Origin: Alphaproteobacteria bacterium
GTDB lineage: Bacteria > Pseudomonadota > Alphaproteobacteria > JAAXGF01
Length of the DNA: 64,000 bases
Assembly (NCBI GenBank): GCA_963555825.3
Contig: CAUVXB020000001.1
Coordinates: forward strand, 1,888,001 to 1,952,000
Reading direction: 5' to 3'
The notes below the pieces were generated by a model. The model had not been told where the DNA came from, made no database searches, and saw nothing but the letters and a program-made list of their open reading frames with translations. The position numbers were made by a program, and so were the translations under genes. Below, one piece after another: positions 49,575-60,860 of the stretch; the stretch's first letter is position 1, and every line of letters begins with the position of its first letter.

Positions 49575-52500
49575 ATGCGTATCTCGCGGCGGTTCACGGC
49601 TGAAGGCACCTCGCCTTACGACGGCATCGAGTTCCGTCGAACGACTAGCGAGATACGAAATCCCGACGGATCGGTGGTCTTCCGCCTCGAGGACATCGAG
49701 GTCCCGACGGCTTGGTCGCCGGTCGCCGCCGACATTTTGGCGCAGAAGTATTTCCGCAAGGCCGGCGTCGCCGTCTGCCTCAAGGCCTGCGAGGAAAGCC
49801 AAGTGCCGTCGTGGCTGTGGCGTCACGTGCCCGACGAGGCAGCGCTCGGGAAACTCGCCGAGGACGACCGCGCCGGTCCCGAGCGTTCGGCCAAGCAGGT
49901 CTTCGACCGGCTCGCCGGCACCTGGACCTACTGGGGCTGGAAGGCCGGCTACTTCGACGCCGAGCAAGACGCCAAGGCCTACTACGACGAGATGCGCTAC
50001 ATGCTGAGCACGCAGATGGGCGCGCCCAACTCGCCGCAGTGGTTCAACACCGGCCTGCATTGGGCATACGGCATCGACGGCCCGGCCCAGGGCCATCACT
50101 ACGTCGACTATCAGACCGGCGAGCTGACCCGATCCGAATCGGCCTACGAGCACCCTCAGCCGCACGCCTGTTTCATCCAGTCGGTCGCCGACGACCTGGT
50201 CGGCGAGAACGGCATCATGGATCTCTGGGTGCGCGAGGCGCGGCTGTTCAAGTACGGCTCGGGCACGGGCAGCAACTTCTCGAAGCTGCGCGCCGAGGGC
50301 GAGTCGCTCTCGGGCGGCGGCAAGTCGTCGGGACTGATGAGCTTCCTCAAGGTCGGCGATCGCGCCGCCGGCGCCATCAAGTCGGGCGGCACAACGCGGC
50401 GCGCGGCCAAGATGGTCGTCGTCGACGCCGACCATCCCGATATCGAGAAGTTCATCGACTGGAAGGTCGTCGAAGAGCAGAAGGTCGCCGCGATGGTCGC
50501 CGGCTCGAAGCTCTGCGCCAGGCATCTGAACGAGATCATGGTCGCCTGCCGCGACGGCGACGGCGACGACCGCTTCGATCCCAAGGCGAACGAAGCGCTT
50601 CGACAGGCGGTTCGCGACGCGCGCAAATCGGCGTTGATTCCGGAGACCTACATCCAGCGGATCATGCAGTTCGCCCGCCAGGGCTACACCTCGATCGAAT
50701 TCCCGACATACACGACCGACTGGGATTCCGAATCCTATGTCACGGTGTCGGGGCAGAATTCGAACAACTCGGTGCGCGTTACCGACGACTTCATGCACAA
50801 GGTCATGAACGACGGCGAATGGGTGCTGTTCCGGCGCACCGATGGCAAGCCAGACCGCGCCATCGCGGCGCGCGACCTGTGGGAGAAAATCGCGTACGCC
50901 GCATGGGCCTGCGCCGATCCGGGCGTGCAGTACGATACCACGATCAATGACTGGCATACCTGCCCGGCCTCGGGCCGCATCAACGCCTCGAACCCGTGCT
51001 CCGAGTACATGTTCCTCGACGACACGGCGTGCAATCTGGCGTCGCTCAACCTGCTGACCTACCGGACCGAAGACGGCGGATTCGATGCCGACGGCTTCGC
51101 CCATTCGGTACGGTTGTGGACGATTGCACTCGAGATCGCGGTAACCATGGCGCAGTTCCCGTCGGCCGAGATCGCCCGCCGCTCCTATGACTTCCGCACG
51201 CTGGGCCTCGGCTTCGCCAATATCGGCGGCCTGCTGATGACCGCCGGCCACGGCTATGACAGCGTCGAGGGCCGTGCGATCTGCGGCGCGATCTCGGCGC
51301 TGATGACGGGCGTCGCCTACCGCACCTCGGCCGAGATGGCCGGTGAGCTTGGTGCGTTCCCCGAATACGAACCGAACCGCGCGGCGATGCTGCGGGTCAT
51401 CCGCAATCACCGGCACGCAGCCTACGGCCGGCGCGACGACTATGAAGGTCTGTCGGTACCGCCGACGCCACCGGCCGACGGCGAATGTTCCGACAAGGCA
51501 TTGGTCGAGGCCGCGCGCAAGGCCTGGGACGAGGCGCTCGATCTGGGCCAGAAGAACGGCTACCGCAACGCGCAGGTCAGCGTGGTCGCGCCGACCGGCA
51601 CGATCGGCCTGGTGATGGACTGCGACACCACCGGCATCGAGCCCGATTTCGCCCTCGTCAAGTTCAAGAAACTGGCCGGCGGCGGCTACTTCAAGATCAT
51701 CAACCGCTCGGTGCCCCAGGCGCTCGCCACGCTGGGCTACAGCCAGCTTCAGATCGACGAAATGGTGCGCTACGCGGTCGGCAACGGCACGATCGCCGGC
51801 GCGCCGGGCGTCAACCACGAGACGCTCGCTGAACGCGGGCTCGACAGCGACGCGATCGACAGGGTCGAGGAGGCGCTGGCCAGCGCCTTCGACATCCGCT
51901 TCGTGTTCAACAAGTGGACGCTGGGCGACGCGTTGTGCACCGGCGCACTCGGCTTCAGCGCCGAGCAGCTCGACGAGCCGGGCTTCGACATGCTCGCCTC
52001 GATGGGCTTCGACAAGGCCGACATCGAGGCCGCCAATCTCTTCTGCTGCGGCGCGATGACCCTAGAAGGCGCGCCGCATATGAAGGCCGAGCATCTGCCC
52101 GTGTTCGACTGCGCGAGCCCCTGCGGCCGAGTCGGCAGGCGCGCACTGTCGACCGACAGCCACATCCGCATGATGGCGGCATCGCAACCGTTCATCTCGG
52201 GCGCCATCTCGAAGACCATCAACATGCCGACCGAGGCGACGGTCGAGGCCTGCAAGGACGCCTATCACCTGTCCTGGCGGCTTGGTCTCAAGGCGATCGC
52301 GCTCTACCGGGACGGCTCCAAGCTGTCGCAGCCGCTCAGCGCGCTGACAATCGACGACGATGACGAGGCGGAGACGATCCCCGAGACCGTGCCAGAACGG
52401 ATATTGCGCGTCGTCGAGAAGCAGGCGGCGGTTGGGCGTCAGCGTCTGCCGCAACGGCGCCGCGGCTACGCCCAGAAGGCGATCATCGGCGGACACAAGG

Positions 52501-53201
52501 TCTACCTGCACACAGGTGAGTACGACGATGGCAAACTGGGTGAGATTTTTCTCGACTTGCACAAGGAAGGCGCGGCATTCCGCAGCCTGATGAACAACTT
52601 CGCCATCGCCATATCGATCGGCCTGCAATATGGCGTGCCGCTCGAGGAATTCGTCGAGGCCTTCACTTTCACGCGCTTCGAGCCGTCGGGCATCGTCGAG
52701 GGCAACGAGGCGATCAAGATGTCGACGTCGATCCTCGATTACATCTTCCGCGAATTGGCGATCTCGTATCTCGGCCGCTCCGACCTCGCCCATGTCGAGC
52801 CGAGCGACCTGTTGCCCGACAGCGTCGGGCGCGGCGAAAGCCAAGCCGAACTGGGCGGCAAGTCAGGCCCGGGCGGCGGTGGCCGCGACGATCTCGACAT
52901 CGTCGCGCAGGTCGCCAGTAACGGCTACGTCCGCACGAACCTTAGAGTCGTCGGGGGCGGCGGTAGCGCGGCGACCATTTCGGCCGGAGACATGCAAGCG
53001 GGAACCGGAGGCGGTGGTGCGGCTGCCGCCATCGCGGTTCGCGCATCAATGAGTATCGATCCACGCACCGCGGAAATTCGCGAGGCGCGGATGAAAGGGT
53101 ATGAGGGGGATCCGTGCAACGAATGCGGCAACCTCACACTTGTTCGCAACGGGACGTGTCTGAAGTGCGTCACGTGCGGCGGAACGAGCGGCTGCTCGTG
53201 A
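49575..53201 (+). CDS. nrdJ: Vitamin B12-dependent (class II) ribonucleotide reductase
   Basis: [40 protein letters not shown]-terminal CNECG..CVTCG..SGCS. Confidence 0.97.
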   Translation: MRISRRFTAEGTSPYDGIEFRRTTSEIRNPDGSVVFRLEDIEVPTAWSPVAADILAQKYFRKAGVAVCLKACEESQVPSWLWRHVPDEAALGKLAEDDRAGPERSAKQVFDRLAGTWTYWGWKAGYFDAEQDAKAYYDEMRYMLSTQMGAPNSPQWFNTGLHWAYGIDGPAQGHHYVDYQTGELTRSESAYEHPQPHACFIQSVADDLVGENGIMDLWVREARLFKYGSGTGSNFSKLRAEGESLSGGGKSSGLMSFLKVGDRAAGAIKSGGTTRRAAKMVVVDADHPDIEKFIDWKVVEEQKVAAMVAGSKLCARHLNEIMVACRDGDGDDRFDPKANEALRQAVRDARKSALIPETYIQRIMQFARQGYTSIEFPTYTTDWDSESYVTVSGQNSNNSVRVTDDFMHKVMNDGEWVLFRRTDGKPDRAIAARDLWEKIAYAAWACADPGVQYDTTINDWHTCPASGRINASNPCSEYMFLDDTACNLASLNLLTYRTEDGGFDADGFAHSVRLWTIALEIAVTMAQFPSAEIARRSYDFRTLGLGFANIGGLLMTAGHGYDSVEGRAICGAISALMTGVAYRTSAEMAGELGAFPEYEPNRAAMLRVIRNHRHAAYGRRDDYEGLSVPPTPPADGECSDKALVEAARKAWDEALDLGQKNGYRNAQVSVVAPTGTIGLVMDCDTTGIEPDFALVKFKKLAGGGYFKIINRSVPQALATLGYSQLQIDEMVRYAVGNGTIAGAPGVNHETLAERGLDSDAIDRVEEALASAFDIRFVFNKWTLGDALCTGALGFSAEQLDEPGFDMLASMGFDKADIEAANLFCCGAMTLEGAPHMKAEHLPVFDCASPCGRVGRRALSTDSHIRMMAASQPFISGAISKTINMPTEATVEACKDAYHLSWRLGLKAIALYRDGSKLSQPLSALTIDDDDEAETIPETVPERILRVVEKQAAVGRQRLPQRRRGYAQKAIIGGHKVYLHTGEYDDGKLGEIFLDLHKEGAAFRSLMNNFAIAISIGLQYGVPLEEFVEAFTFTRFEPSGIVEGNEAIKMSTSILDYIFRELAISYLGRSDLAHVEPSDLLPDSVGRGESQAELGGKSGPGGGGRDDLDIVAQVASNGYVRTNLRVVGGGGSAATISAGDMQAGTGGGGAAAAIAVRASMSIDPRTAEIREARMKGYEGDPCNECGNLTLVRNGTCLKCVTCGGTSGCS

Positions 53202-53318
53202 GCCGGTAGTCGACGGTGGTCTAGACATAGTCCCGTTGCGGCGCCTGCGGCCTGGCACTAGGTCTGCCGGGTCGCGTAGTAAGCCATGGCTCTGTCCATG
53301 GTGTGTCCTCCCTGACTT

Positions 53319-53351
53319 ATGGGGCGCGCGCCCGGAGCGCCCCATTTTTTT
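53319..53351 (+). terminator. Intrinsic terminator after nrdJ
   Basis: Stem ATGGGGCGC/GCGCCCCAT followed by a T-run. Confidence 0.75.
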
Positions 53352-53381
53352 GCCCGTCTTTCGGCGCACATCCGTGACGTC

Positions 53382-53410
53382 GTAGGGGCGGGTTTCAAAC
53401 CCGCCCCTAC
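53382..53410. repeat. GTAG-type REP palindrome
   Basis: GTAGGGGCGGGTTT-C-AAACCCGCCCCTAC, perfect 14-bp arms. Confidence 0.8.
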
Positions 53411-53434
53411 ATCAGTCGGCTTTTCGCCTACTGG

Positions 53435-55222
53435 CTAACCGTCTTCCTTGAGCTTGGGCGGCAAGGCGACGCGAATGTGCAGTTCCTTGAGATGCGTGTC
53501 CGCCGCTGGCGCCGGCGCGCCCATCATCAGATCCTGCGCCTGCTGGTTCATCGGGAAGGTGATAACCTCGCGAATGTTCGGCTCGTCGGCGAGCAGCATG
53601 ACGATGCGATCGATGCCTGGCGCAATGCCGCCGTGGGGCGGCGCGCCGAACTTGAAGGCGTGCAACAGCGCCGGGAACTGCGTCTCGACCGCCGTGGCCG
53701 GATAGCCGGCGATCTCGAAGGCCTTGTACATGATTTCGGGCAGGTGGTTCCGGATCGCGCCGCTCGAAAGTTCGGTGCCGTTGCAGACGATGTCGTACTG
53801 ATAGGCCAGTACGTCGAGCGGGTCCTGGCTTTCGAGCGCCTCGAGCCCGCCTTGCGGCATCGAGAACGGGTTGTGGCTGAATTCGACCTTGCCGGTCTTC
53901 TCGTCCAGCTCGTACATCGGATAGTCGACGACCCAGCAGAAACGAAAGACGCCGGGCTCGATAAGCCCGAGGTCCGTGCCGATACGGGTGCGCACCGTGC
54001 CGGCGAACTTCTCGGCCGCCGGCTGTTTGTCGCAGGCGAAGAACACCGCATCGCCGTCGCCGACGCCGGCGATCTCGCGGATCATCGCCAGCCGGTCGTC
54101 GTCGAGCAGCTTGGCGATCGGCCCCTTGCCGGCGCCGTCGGCGAAAATGATGTAGGCGAGGCCCGCCGCGCCCTCCTCGCGCGCCCAGTCGTTGAGCTTG
54201 TCGAAATAGCTGCGCGGCCGGTCGCCGGCGCCCGGCGCCGGGATCGCGCGCACCACCGCGCCCTTCGCAATGTTGCCGGCGAAGATGCCGAAACCCGAAT
54301 CGCGAAATGCATCGGTGACGTCGGTGACGATCAGCGGGTTGCGCAGATCGGGCTTGTCGCTGCCATATCTCAGCATCGTCTCGGCATAGGGGATGCGCGG
54401 AAACGGTGACGCAGTCACGGTGTTATCGGTAAACTCTTCGAACAGCCCGTGCATGACCGGCTCGATCGCCGCGAAGACGTCGTCTTGCTCGACGAACGAC
54501 ATCTCCATGTCGAGTTGGTAGAACTCGCCGGGCGAGCGATCGGCGCGCGCGTCCTCATCGCGAAAGCACGGCGCAATCTGGAAGTAACGGTCGAAGCCCG
54601 AGACCATGACCAGCTGCTTGAACTGCTGAGGCGCCTGCGGCAAAGCGTAGAACTCACCCGGATGCATTCGGCTGGGCACCAGGAAGTCGCGCGCGCCTTC
54701 CGGCGAGCTGGCAGTCAGGATTGGTGTCTGGAACTCGGTGAAGCCCCGCTCGATCATGCGGCGCCGGATGCTCGCGATGATCTCGGCGCGCAGCATGATA
54801 TTGGCGTGCATCTTCTCGCGTCTGAGATCGAGGAAGCGGTAGCGCAAGCGCGTCTCTTCCGGGTATTCCTGATCGCCATGGACTTGCAACGGCAATACAT
54901 CGGCCATCGACTGGACCTCGAAGTCGCCGATATCGACCTCGACTTCGCCCGTCGCCAGCTTGGCGTTTACCGTGTCCTCGGTGCGCGCGACCAGCTCGCC
55001 CGTCACCGTGACGACGCTTTCCGGCCGCACGCCTTCGACCGCGGCAAAGTCGGCGTGACTCGTATCGACGACGCATTGCGTGATGCCGTAATGGTCGCGC
55101 AAATCGAGGAACAACAGATTGCCGTGGTCGCGCTTGCGATGGACCCACCCGGAAAGGCGAACCGTCTCGCCGACGTGCGTCGGCCTCAACTCGTTGCAGT
55201 TGTGCGTCCGATACCGATGCAT
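53435..55222 (-). CDS. aspS: Aspartate--tRNA ligase
   Basis: [47 protein letters not shown]. Confidence 0.98.
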   Translation of the reverse strand: MHRYRTHNCNELRPTHVGETVRLSGWVHRKRDHGNLLFLDLRDHYGITQCVVDTSHADFAAVEGVRPESVVTVTGELVARTEDTVNAKLATGEVEVDIGDFEVQSMADVLPLQVHGDQEYPEETRLRYRFLDLRREKMHANIMLRAEIIASIRRRMIERGFTEFQTPILTASSPEGARDFLVPSRMHPGEFYALPQAPQQFKQLVMVSGFDRYFQIAPCFRDEDARADRSPGEFYQLDMEMSFVEQDDVFAAIEPVMHGLFEEFTDNTVTASPFPRIPYAETMLRYGSDKPDLRNPLIVTDVTDAFRDSGFGIFAGNIAKGAVVRAIPAPGAGDRPRSYFDKLNDWAREEGAAGLAYIIFADGAGKGPIAKLLDDDRLAMIREIAGVGDGDAVFFACDKQPAAEKFAGTVRTRIGTDLGLIEPGVFRFCWVVDYPMYELDEKTGKVEFSHNPFSMPQGGLEALESQDPLDVLAYQYDIVCNGTELSSGAIRNHLPEIMYKAFEIAGYPATAVETQFPALLHAFKFGAPPHGGIAPGIDRIVMLLADEPNIREVITFPMNQQAQDLMMGAPAPAADTHLKELHIRVALPPKLKEDG

Positions 55223-55371
55223 TCTCGCGTCCCTCTTCACCACGCCGACGCCGGTTTCGGCCGGCCTCGGGCGAGCGGAACAGCGCATGGAACCGCTGCC
55301 CTTGTCAAGGACCGAGACCGGCGTGGATTTGCCAGCGGGCAAAACCGCGCCACAATGCCTATGATGGGGTC

Positions 55372-56541
55372 ATGAAAACGATTACCAGTACCGACGACCT
55401 TGCGCGACTTTGCGCGCGCCTTGCGAGCGCGGACTATGTCACGGTCGACACCGAGTTCATGCGCGAGACCACGTTTTGGCCGCTGCTCTGCCTGGTGCAG
55501 ATCGCCGGACCCGACGACGCGGCGATCATCGATCCACTGGCCAACGGGATGGACCTCGCGCCGCTTTTCGAATTGATGGCCAACGAAGGCGTCCTCAAGG
55601 TCTTCCACGCCGCGCGCCAGGATCTCGAAATCTTCCATCATCTGAGTGGCCACGTGCCGACACCGATATTCGACAGCCAGGTGGCGGCGATGGTCGCCGG
55701 CTTCGGCGACTCGGTGTCGTACGAAGCGCTCGCCTCGAAACTCGCCAAGGCGCGCATCGACAAGTCCTCGCGCTTCACCGATTGGTCGCACCGGCCGCTC
55801 AGCGATCGCCAGCTCAAATATGCGCTCGACGACGTAACGCATCTGCGCGTCATTTACCAACGTCTTGCCAAACAGCTCAAGCAGACCGGCCGGGCCGATT
55901 GGCTGACCGAGGAGATGGCCGCACTCGCCGACCCACGGACCTACGAACAGCACCCCGAGGACGCTTGGAAGCGCCTCAAGACCCGCTCGACCGAGCCGCG
56001 TTTCCTTGCCGTGCTGTTCGAGGTCGCCGCATGGCGTGAGCGCGAGGCCCAGCGCCGCGATCTGCCGCGCAACCGCGTCCTGCGCAATGAGGCGCTGATC
56101 GAGATCGCCGCGCATCGGCCGACGACGCCGGAGGCGTTGGCGCGAACACGCGGCCTCGGCCGGTCACTCGCCGAGGGCGCCATGGGCCGCGGCATCATCG
56201 CGGCGGTCGAGCGCGGCAAGGCCTTGCCTGATGCGGATTGCCCCCGGCTGCCGGCAGCGCAGCCCAAATCGCGTGGCATCGGTCCCGTTGTCGAACTCAT
56301 GAAAGTGTTGCTCAAACTGCGCTGCGAGGAACACGACGTGGCGCAGAAGCTGATTGCCAACGTCGCCGATCTCGAACGGATCGCCGGCGAGGACGACCCG
56401 GACGTGCCGGCGCTTCACGGCTGGCGGCGCGAAATCTTCGGCGCCGACGCGATCGCACTCAAACGCGGCGAGCTTGCGCTTGCACTACGCGGCGGCCGCC
56501 TCCAGCCGGTCCCCCTCGCCCGCATCCAGGCGGCCGACTGA
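55372..56541 (+). CDS. rnd: Ribonuclease D
   Basis: VDTEFMRE, KVFHAARQDLE, TDWSHRPLS..YALDDV, HRDC domain. Confidence 0.96.
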   Translation: MKTITSTDDLARLCARLASADYVTVDTEFMRETTFWPLLCLVQIAGPDDAAIIDPLANGMDLAPLFELMANEGVLKVFHAARQDLEIFHHLSGHVPTPIFDSQVAAMVAGFGDSVSYEALASKLAKARIDKSSRFTDWSHRPLSDRQLKYALDDVTHLRVIYQRLAKQLKQTGRADWLTEEMAALADPRTYEQHPEDAWKRLKTRSTEPRFLAVLFEVAAWREREAQRRDLPRNRVLRNEALIEIAAHRPTTPEALARTRGLGRSLAEGAMGRGIIAAVERGKALPDADCPRLPAAQPKSRGIGPVVELMKVLLKLRCEEHDVAQKLIANVADLERIAGEDDPDVPALHGWRREIFGADAIALKRGELALALRGGRLQPVPLARIQAAD

Positions 56542-56878
56542 ACTCCTCGTCCTACAGCGTACCCGGGTAGTTGCCGCCGTCGAGCAGCAGGTTCTGGCCG
56601 GTGATGAAGCCGGCCTGGGCACTGCACAGATAGGCGCAGGCGTCGCCGAACTCGGGCCGGATCGCCGAAGCGGCCGGCGGGGTTGCGCGCGGCGCCCTCG
56701 GCATAGACTTCGTCAAACGGGCGACCGGACTTCTCAGCCGAGTGACTGTAGTTCGAACGCAGCCGGTCCGTGTCGAAGGGTCCCGGCAACAGGCCGTTGA
56801 TCGTGACGTTGTGGCGCACCGTCTTGCGCGCGACGCCGGCGACGAAGCCGGTCAGGCCGGCGCGGGCGCCGTTCGACA

Positions 56879-58531
56879 GGGTGTGGGTCTGGTATGGAAA
56901 ATCTAAGTCATTGATTTAGTGCGTTTTTGTGTCGAGACGAACGGCCGAAATCGGCTATTCGTGACAATGGGCCGCTCCAAGGCAGGATTTTGTTACGACG
57001 GCAGGGTCGAGCAGGGGAAGGTGGGAACGCTCCGCACCGCCAGAAGCGGTACGATGCCGTGTCTCGAAACCCAACATCGGGAGCATTCCCATGGCAGTAT
57101 CCCCGCCTCCGGCGCCTTCGTCCATCGATCTTTCCGGCCTGCCTCCTCGGGTCGTCGAGGCGGCCGCCCGGGTGCTCGCACTGTGTCGCGAGGAGCTTCG
57201 TTCCGAGCCGCGCCCCGAGGCGCCCGAGGAGGTCGAGTTGCGGGTGCGTGAGGCCACGAACGAGTTCGCTCGCGATGTCATGGGCGCCGTCATCGAGAAC
57301 CGGGACGATGGCGCTTCCCGGATCGAGCGGGACGGGCAGAGCTGGTTCCGGGTCGCGGTGACGCCGAAGACGATCATGACCTCGCTCGGTCCGGTGACCT
57401 ACCGGCGAGCGCGTTACCGCAGCGGCGCGAGCGGGGCATCGCCGGTGCCGGTCGACGAGAGCCTGGGCCTCGTCGACGATTACCTGACGCGGCCGGCGGC
57501 CGAGCTCGGTCTGCTGATGATGGGTCACTGCACGGCCCGGGAAGCGGCGGCGTTCTTTGCGAAGACCGGCGCCATGACGCCGTCGGTGAGCACCCTGCAG
57601 CGCCTGACCCTGAGCATGCACGAATGCTGGGAGAGCCTCGGCCCGGAGACGCTGGGCAGCATCCGTGAGGCCGAGGGCATACCGCAGGACGCGACCACCG
57701 CCTCGGTCTCCCTCGACGGCGTCATGGTGCCGCTGAGACCCGGCGAGGACGGTCGCGCCAAGGCCTCCTGGCGCGAGGCTGCCTGCGGCACGGTCTCCTT
57801 CCACGACGCCGAGGGCAAGCGCCTGAAGACCCTCTATCTCGGCCGCATGCCGGAGAGCGGCAAGCTCACGCTGAAGGCGCAGCTTGCAAGCGAAGTCGCA
57901 CACATCAGGCGAGCACGCCCCGAGATCGGGATCGTCGCTATCGCCGATGGCGCCGCCGACAACTGGACCTTCCTGGAGACCCTGTCGCCCGAAACCGAGG
58001 TGATCGACTTCTGGCATGCTTGCGAACATCTGCAAACCGCGTCCGACCATGCCGTGGCGCCCGGCTGGTTCGAGAAGTACCGCGAGATCCTCCGTCACGA
58101 TCCCCGTGGCGTCGCCAAGGTGATCCGGGCGCTGCGCCACCTTCGCGATGCCGCCGCTGCGCCGGACCGGGCCGAGACCGAGCGGGAACTCGCCTTCTTC
58201 CGCAAGCATCGCCATCGCATGCGCTACCACGCCCTGAAGGAAGAGGGCATCGCCATCGGCTCAGGCGTGGTCGAAGCTGCCAACAAGACCCTGGTGACAC
58301 AGCGCATGAAGCGCTCCGGCATGCGCTGGCGGATCGTCGGCGGACAGGCTGTTCTGACCTTCCGCGCCCTGATCAAATCCGGCCGCTTCGAGCGGGCATG
58401 GAAGGCCCTGATCAGCGCAACCGACACACCGGCCAACGACAACATCAGTCCACGTGCAGCAGCCATGGCAATCGCTGCCTGAACTCAACGAACCAAGCCG
58501 CAGACATCACTGCCATGCGAGACTCGCACCC
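56879..58531 (+). mobile_element. ISKra4-like insertion sequence
   Basis: Imperfect IR GGGTGTGGGTCTGGTATGG / CCATGCGAGACTCGCACCC. 8-bp duplication GTTCGACA at 56871-56878 and 58532-58539. Confidence 0.9.
57091..58482 (+). CDS. ISKra4-like (UPF0236) transposase
   Basis: SLDGVMV, IADGAADNW, IDFWHACEHL, MRY..IGSGVVEAA..RMKRSGMRW. Confidence 0.9.
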   Translation: MAVSPPPAPSSIDLSGLPPRVVEAAARVLALCREELRSEPRPEAPEEVELRVREATNEFARDVMGAVIENRDDGASRIERDGQSWFRVAVTPKTIMTSLGPVTYRRARYRSGASGASPVPVDESLGLVDDYLTRPAAELGLLMMGHCTAREAAAFFAKTGAMTPSVSTLQRLTLSMHECWESLGPETLGSIREAEGIPQDATTASVSLDGVMVPLRPGEDGRAKASWREAACGTVSFHDAEGKRLKTLYLGRMPESGKLTLKAQLASEVAHIRRARPEIGIVAIADGAADNWTFLETLSPETEVIDFWHACEHLQTASDHAVAPGWFEKYREILRHDPRGVAKVIRALRHLRDAAAAPDRAETERELAFFRKHRHRMRYHALKEEGIAIGSGVVEAANKTLVTQRMKRSGMRWRIVGGQAVLTFRALIKSGRFERAWKALISATDTPANDNISPRAAAMAIAA

Positions 58532-58995
58532 GTTCGACAGGCCGAGAATATCGATCGGCGCCTTCACCGCGCCCGAGGTGATGTTGACGATGCGTCCGAA
58601 GCGGCGCGCGATCATGCCGTCGACCGTCGCCTTGATCAGGAAGATCGCGGTCAGCATGTTGGCGTCGATCGCCTTGATCCAGTCGTCGCGGTCCCAATCC
58701 CGAAAATCGCCGGGCGGCGGGCCGCCGGCGTTGTTGATCAGGATGTCGGGCTCGGGACAGGCGGCCAGCACCCGTTCGCGGCCCTCGGGCGTCGTGATGT
58801 CGCAGGCCACCGCGGCAACCTTGGCGCCGGTAGCGGTGCGGATCTCCGCCGCCGTCGCCTCAAGGGTCTCCGCCGTCCGCGCGTTGATCACGAGGTTACA
58901 GCCTTCGCGTGCGAGCGATAGGGCGCAGGCGCGTCCCAGCCCCTTGCTTGCGGCGCAGACGATGGCGTGTTTTCCGGCCAATCCCAGTTCCATGG

Positions 58996-60117
58996 CTAGT
59001 GTCCCGATTCCGAAGTTCGCATGATTTTCGCCTGCTGTTCAGCGATTTCGATTGTTCGGAGGCAGAAGCGCTGGATGGCGCCGAGGATGTCATCGGCGGA
59101 TTTGGTCCATTTGAAGGGTTTGGGGTTCTGGTTTGTCGTGTCGATGTAGTCGAGGATGGTGCGCTCCAACTCCTTGGTGGAGCGATGGACGCCGCGCCTG
59201 ATCTGCTTGTCGGTCAGCAGCCCGAACCAGCGCTCGACCTGGTTCAGCCAGGAGGCGCTGGTGGGTGTGAAATGGGCCTGCCAGCGCGGCCGTTTGGCGA
59301 ACCAGTCGCGGATCGCCTTGGTCTTGTGGGTCCCGTAGTTGTCCATGACGATGTGGATGTCGAGATCAGCAGGGACGTTCGCCTCGACGAGGTCGAGGAA
59401 TTTGCGGAACTCTCGGGCCCGATGGCGCGGGAAACATTTGCCGATGATCTCTCCCGTGGCGATGTCGAGGGCCGCGAAGAGAGAGGTCGTGCCGTGGCGC
59501 TTGTAGTCGTGGCTGCGCCGCTCCGCCTGCCCGGGGCGCATCGGCAAGAGGGGCTGGGAACGGTCCAGGGCCTGGATCTGGCTCTTTTCGTCGACACAGA
59601 GAACCAGGGCACGATCCGGCGGCGCCAAATACAGACCGACGATGTCGCGGACCTTCTCCACGAAGAAGGGATCGCTCGACAGCTTGAAGGTCTCCGAGCG
59701 ATGCGGCTGCAAGCCGAAGGCCCGCCAGATGCGATGAATGGTCGAGGGCGCGTGGCCGCTCGCCCGCGCCATCGAGCGAAGGCTCCAATGGGTCGCGTCC
59801 GGCGGCGTCTCTTCCAGCGTCAGCCGGACCGCTTCCGCGATGGCGTCATCGCCGATTTGACGCGGCGCGCCGGGGCGGGGTTCGTCGTACAGACCGTCGA
59901 GGCCCTCCGCCGCATAGCGGCGACGCCACTTGCCCACGGTGTCCGCGCTCGCCTCGAGACGAACGGCGATCTCCTTGTTCTCCAACCCTTCCGCCGCCGC
60001 CAAGACGATCCGAGCCCGCCGCGCAAGCCCCTGCGACGTCTTGCGACGACGAGACAGCGCCTCCAATTCGGCGCGCTCGTCATCGCTCAAAGAGATCGTC
60101 ACCGCCACTCTCGCCAT
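58996..60117 (-). CDS. IS630 transposase (single ORF)
   Basis: [42 protein letters not shown]. Confidence 0.95.
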   Translation of the reverse strand: MARVAVTISLSDDERAELEALSRRRKTSQGLARRARIVLAAAEGLENKEIAVRLEASADTVGKWRRRYAAEGLDGLYDEPRPGAPRQIGDDAIAEAVRLTLEETPPDATHWSLRSMARASGHAPSTIHRIWRAFGLQPHRSETFKLSSDPFFVEKVRDIVGLYLAPPDRALVLCVDEKSQIQALDRSQPLLPMRPGQAERRSHDYKRHGTTSLFAALDIATGEIIGKCFPRHRAREFRKFLDLVEANVPADLDIHIVMDNYGTHKTKAIRDWFAKRPRWQAHFTPTSASWLNQVERWFGLLTDKQIRRGVHRSTKELERTILDYIDTTNQNPKPFKWTKSADDILGAIQRFCLRTIEIAEQQAKIMRTSESGH

Positions 60118-60177
60118 CAATCGCGCCTCCTAAAAACAAATAGAGACATAATCATATCAATTTATCGATCAGGACAC
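58999..60177 (-). mobile_element. IS630-family insertion sequence
   Basis: IR GTGTCCCGAT / ATCAGGACAC, inserted in CTAG with TA duplicated (58997-58998, 60178-60179). Confidence 0.93.
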
Positions 60178-60860
60178 TAGCTTCCTTTGTCGTTTACTTC
60201 GATCTCGTTCAGGACCCGCCGCGCGAGCGGGATGGTGATGTTCCGGTGCCCGGTCAGCGCGGCTGCGTCGAGCGCGGCGACAATCCGCCGGGCGGCATCG
60301 AGCGAGCGTTCCATGCGCGCCAACAGGAAGCTCACGACCTCTTCGCCAACACGCAGCTGGCGGTCAAAGAACAGCTTGGCGAGGACGGCGCCGATCAGCG
60401 CGTCGTTTGGCGCCCCGATGGCCACCGCGGGCGCCGCGGCGAGCCGTGAGCGCAAATCGGGCAAGTCGATCGGCCAGCGCGCCGGCGGCGCCTCGGCCAG
60501 GATGAGCAGATGGCCGCCGCGCTCGGCCACCACATTGAAAAGGTGAAGCAGGGCCTGCTCATCCAACCGTGTTGGGTCGATATCGTCGACGACGGCGTAT
60601 CGCCACTCGCCCAGAACCTCGGCCGGGGTGCGGCCGGCAACTTCGGAAGCAATCAACCGCCGCGCGCTACTGTTTGCCTGCCAGACATGCGCTAGATGGG
60701 TCTTGCCGCAGCCCGGAGGGCCATGAATCGTCAGCGCGGGCGCCGGCCAGTCGGGCCAGCGATCGAGCCACAACACCGCGCCTCGATTCGATTCGGCAAT
60801 CAGGAAGTCGTCGGCGCCGAGCGCGGCACGATGTCCAAAATCCAGAGCGAGTTGGCTCAA
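60177..60860 (-). CDS. hdaA: DnaA regulatory inactivator HdaA
   Basis: QLALDF clamp-binding motif, GPPGCGKTHL, LPDLRSRL, RMERS. TTG start overlaps the upstream stop. Confidence 0.92.
   Translation of the reverse strand: MSQLALDFGHRAALGADDFLIAESNRGAVLWLDRWPDWPAPALTIHGPPGCGKTHLAHVWQANSSARRLIASEVAGRTPAEVLGEWRYAVVDDIDPTRLDEQALLHLFNVVAERGGHLLILAEAPPARWPIDLPDLRSRLAAAPAVAIGAPNDALIGAVLAKLFFDRQLRVGEEVVSFLLARMERSLDAARRIVAALDAAALTGHRNITIPLARRVLNEIEVNDKGS

Larger units (their letters stand above)
56552..58993 (-). pseudogene. SDR oxidoreductase (3-oxoacyl-ACP reductase-like), IS-interrupted and frameshifted
   Basis: 5' part (ASKGLG, NNAGGPPPG, GRIVNITS..LSN) at 58532-58993. 3' part (NVTINGLLPG, ITGQNLLLDGG) at 56552-56878. 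Extra base at about 56655. Confidence 0.92.

Noticed and set aside
49554-51818. Long antisense and alternative-frame ORFs (also 4423-5991, 9067-10989, 44394-46178 and others)
   Set aside because: They shadow well-supported genes and are expected artefacts of high GC3 codon bias.
49575-53201. Intein or insertion in the long NrdJ
   Set aside because: No intein splice motifs or endonuclease domain were seen; the length fits alphaproteobacterial NrdJ with a C-terminal extension.
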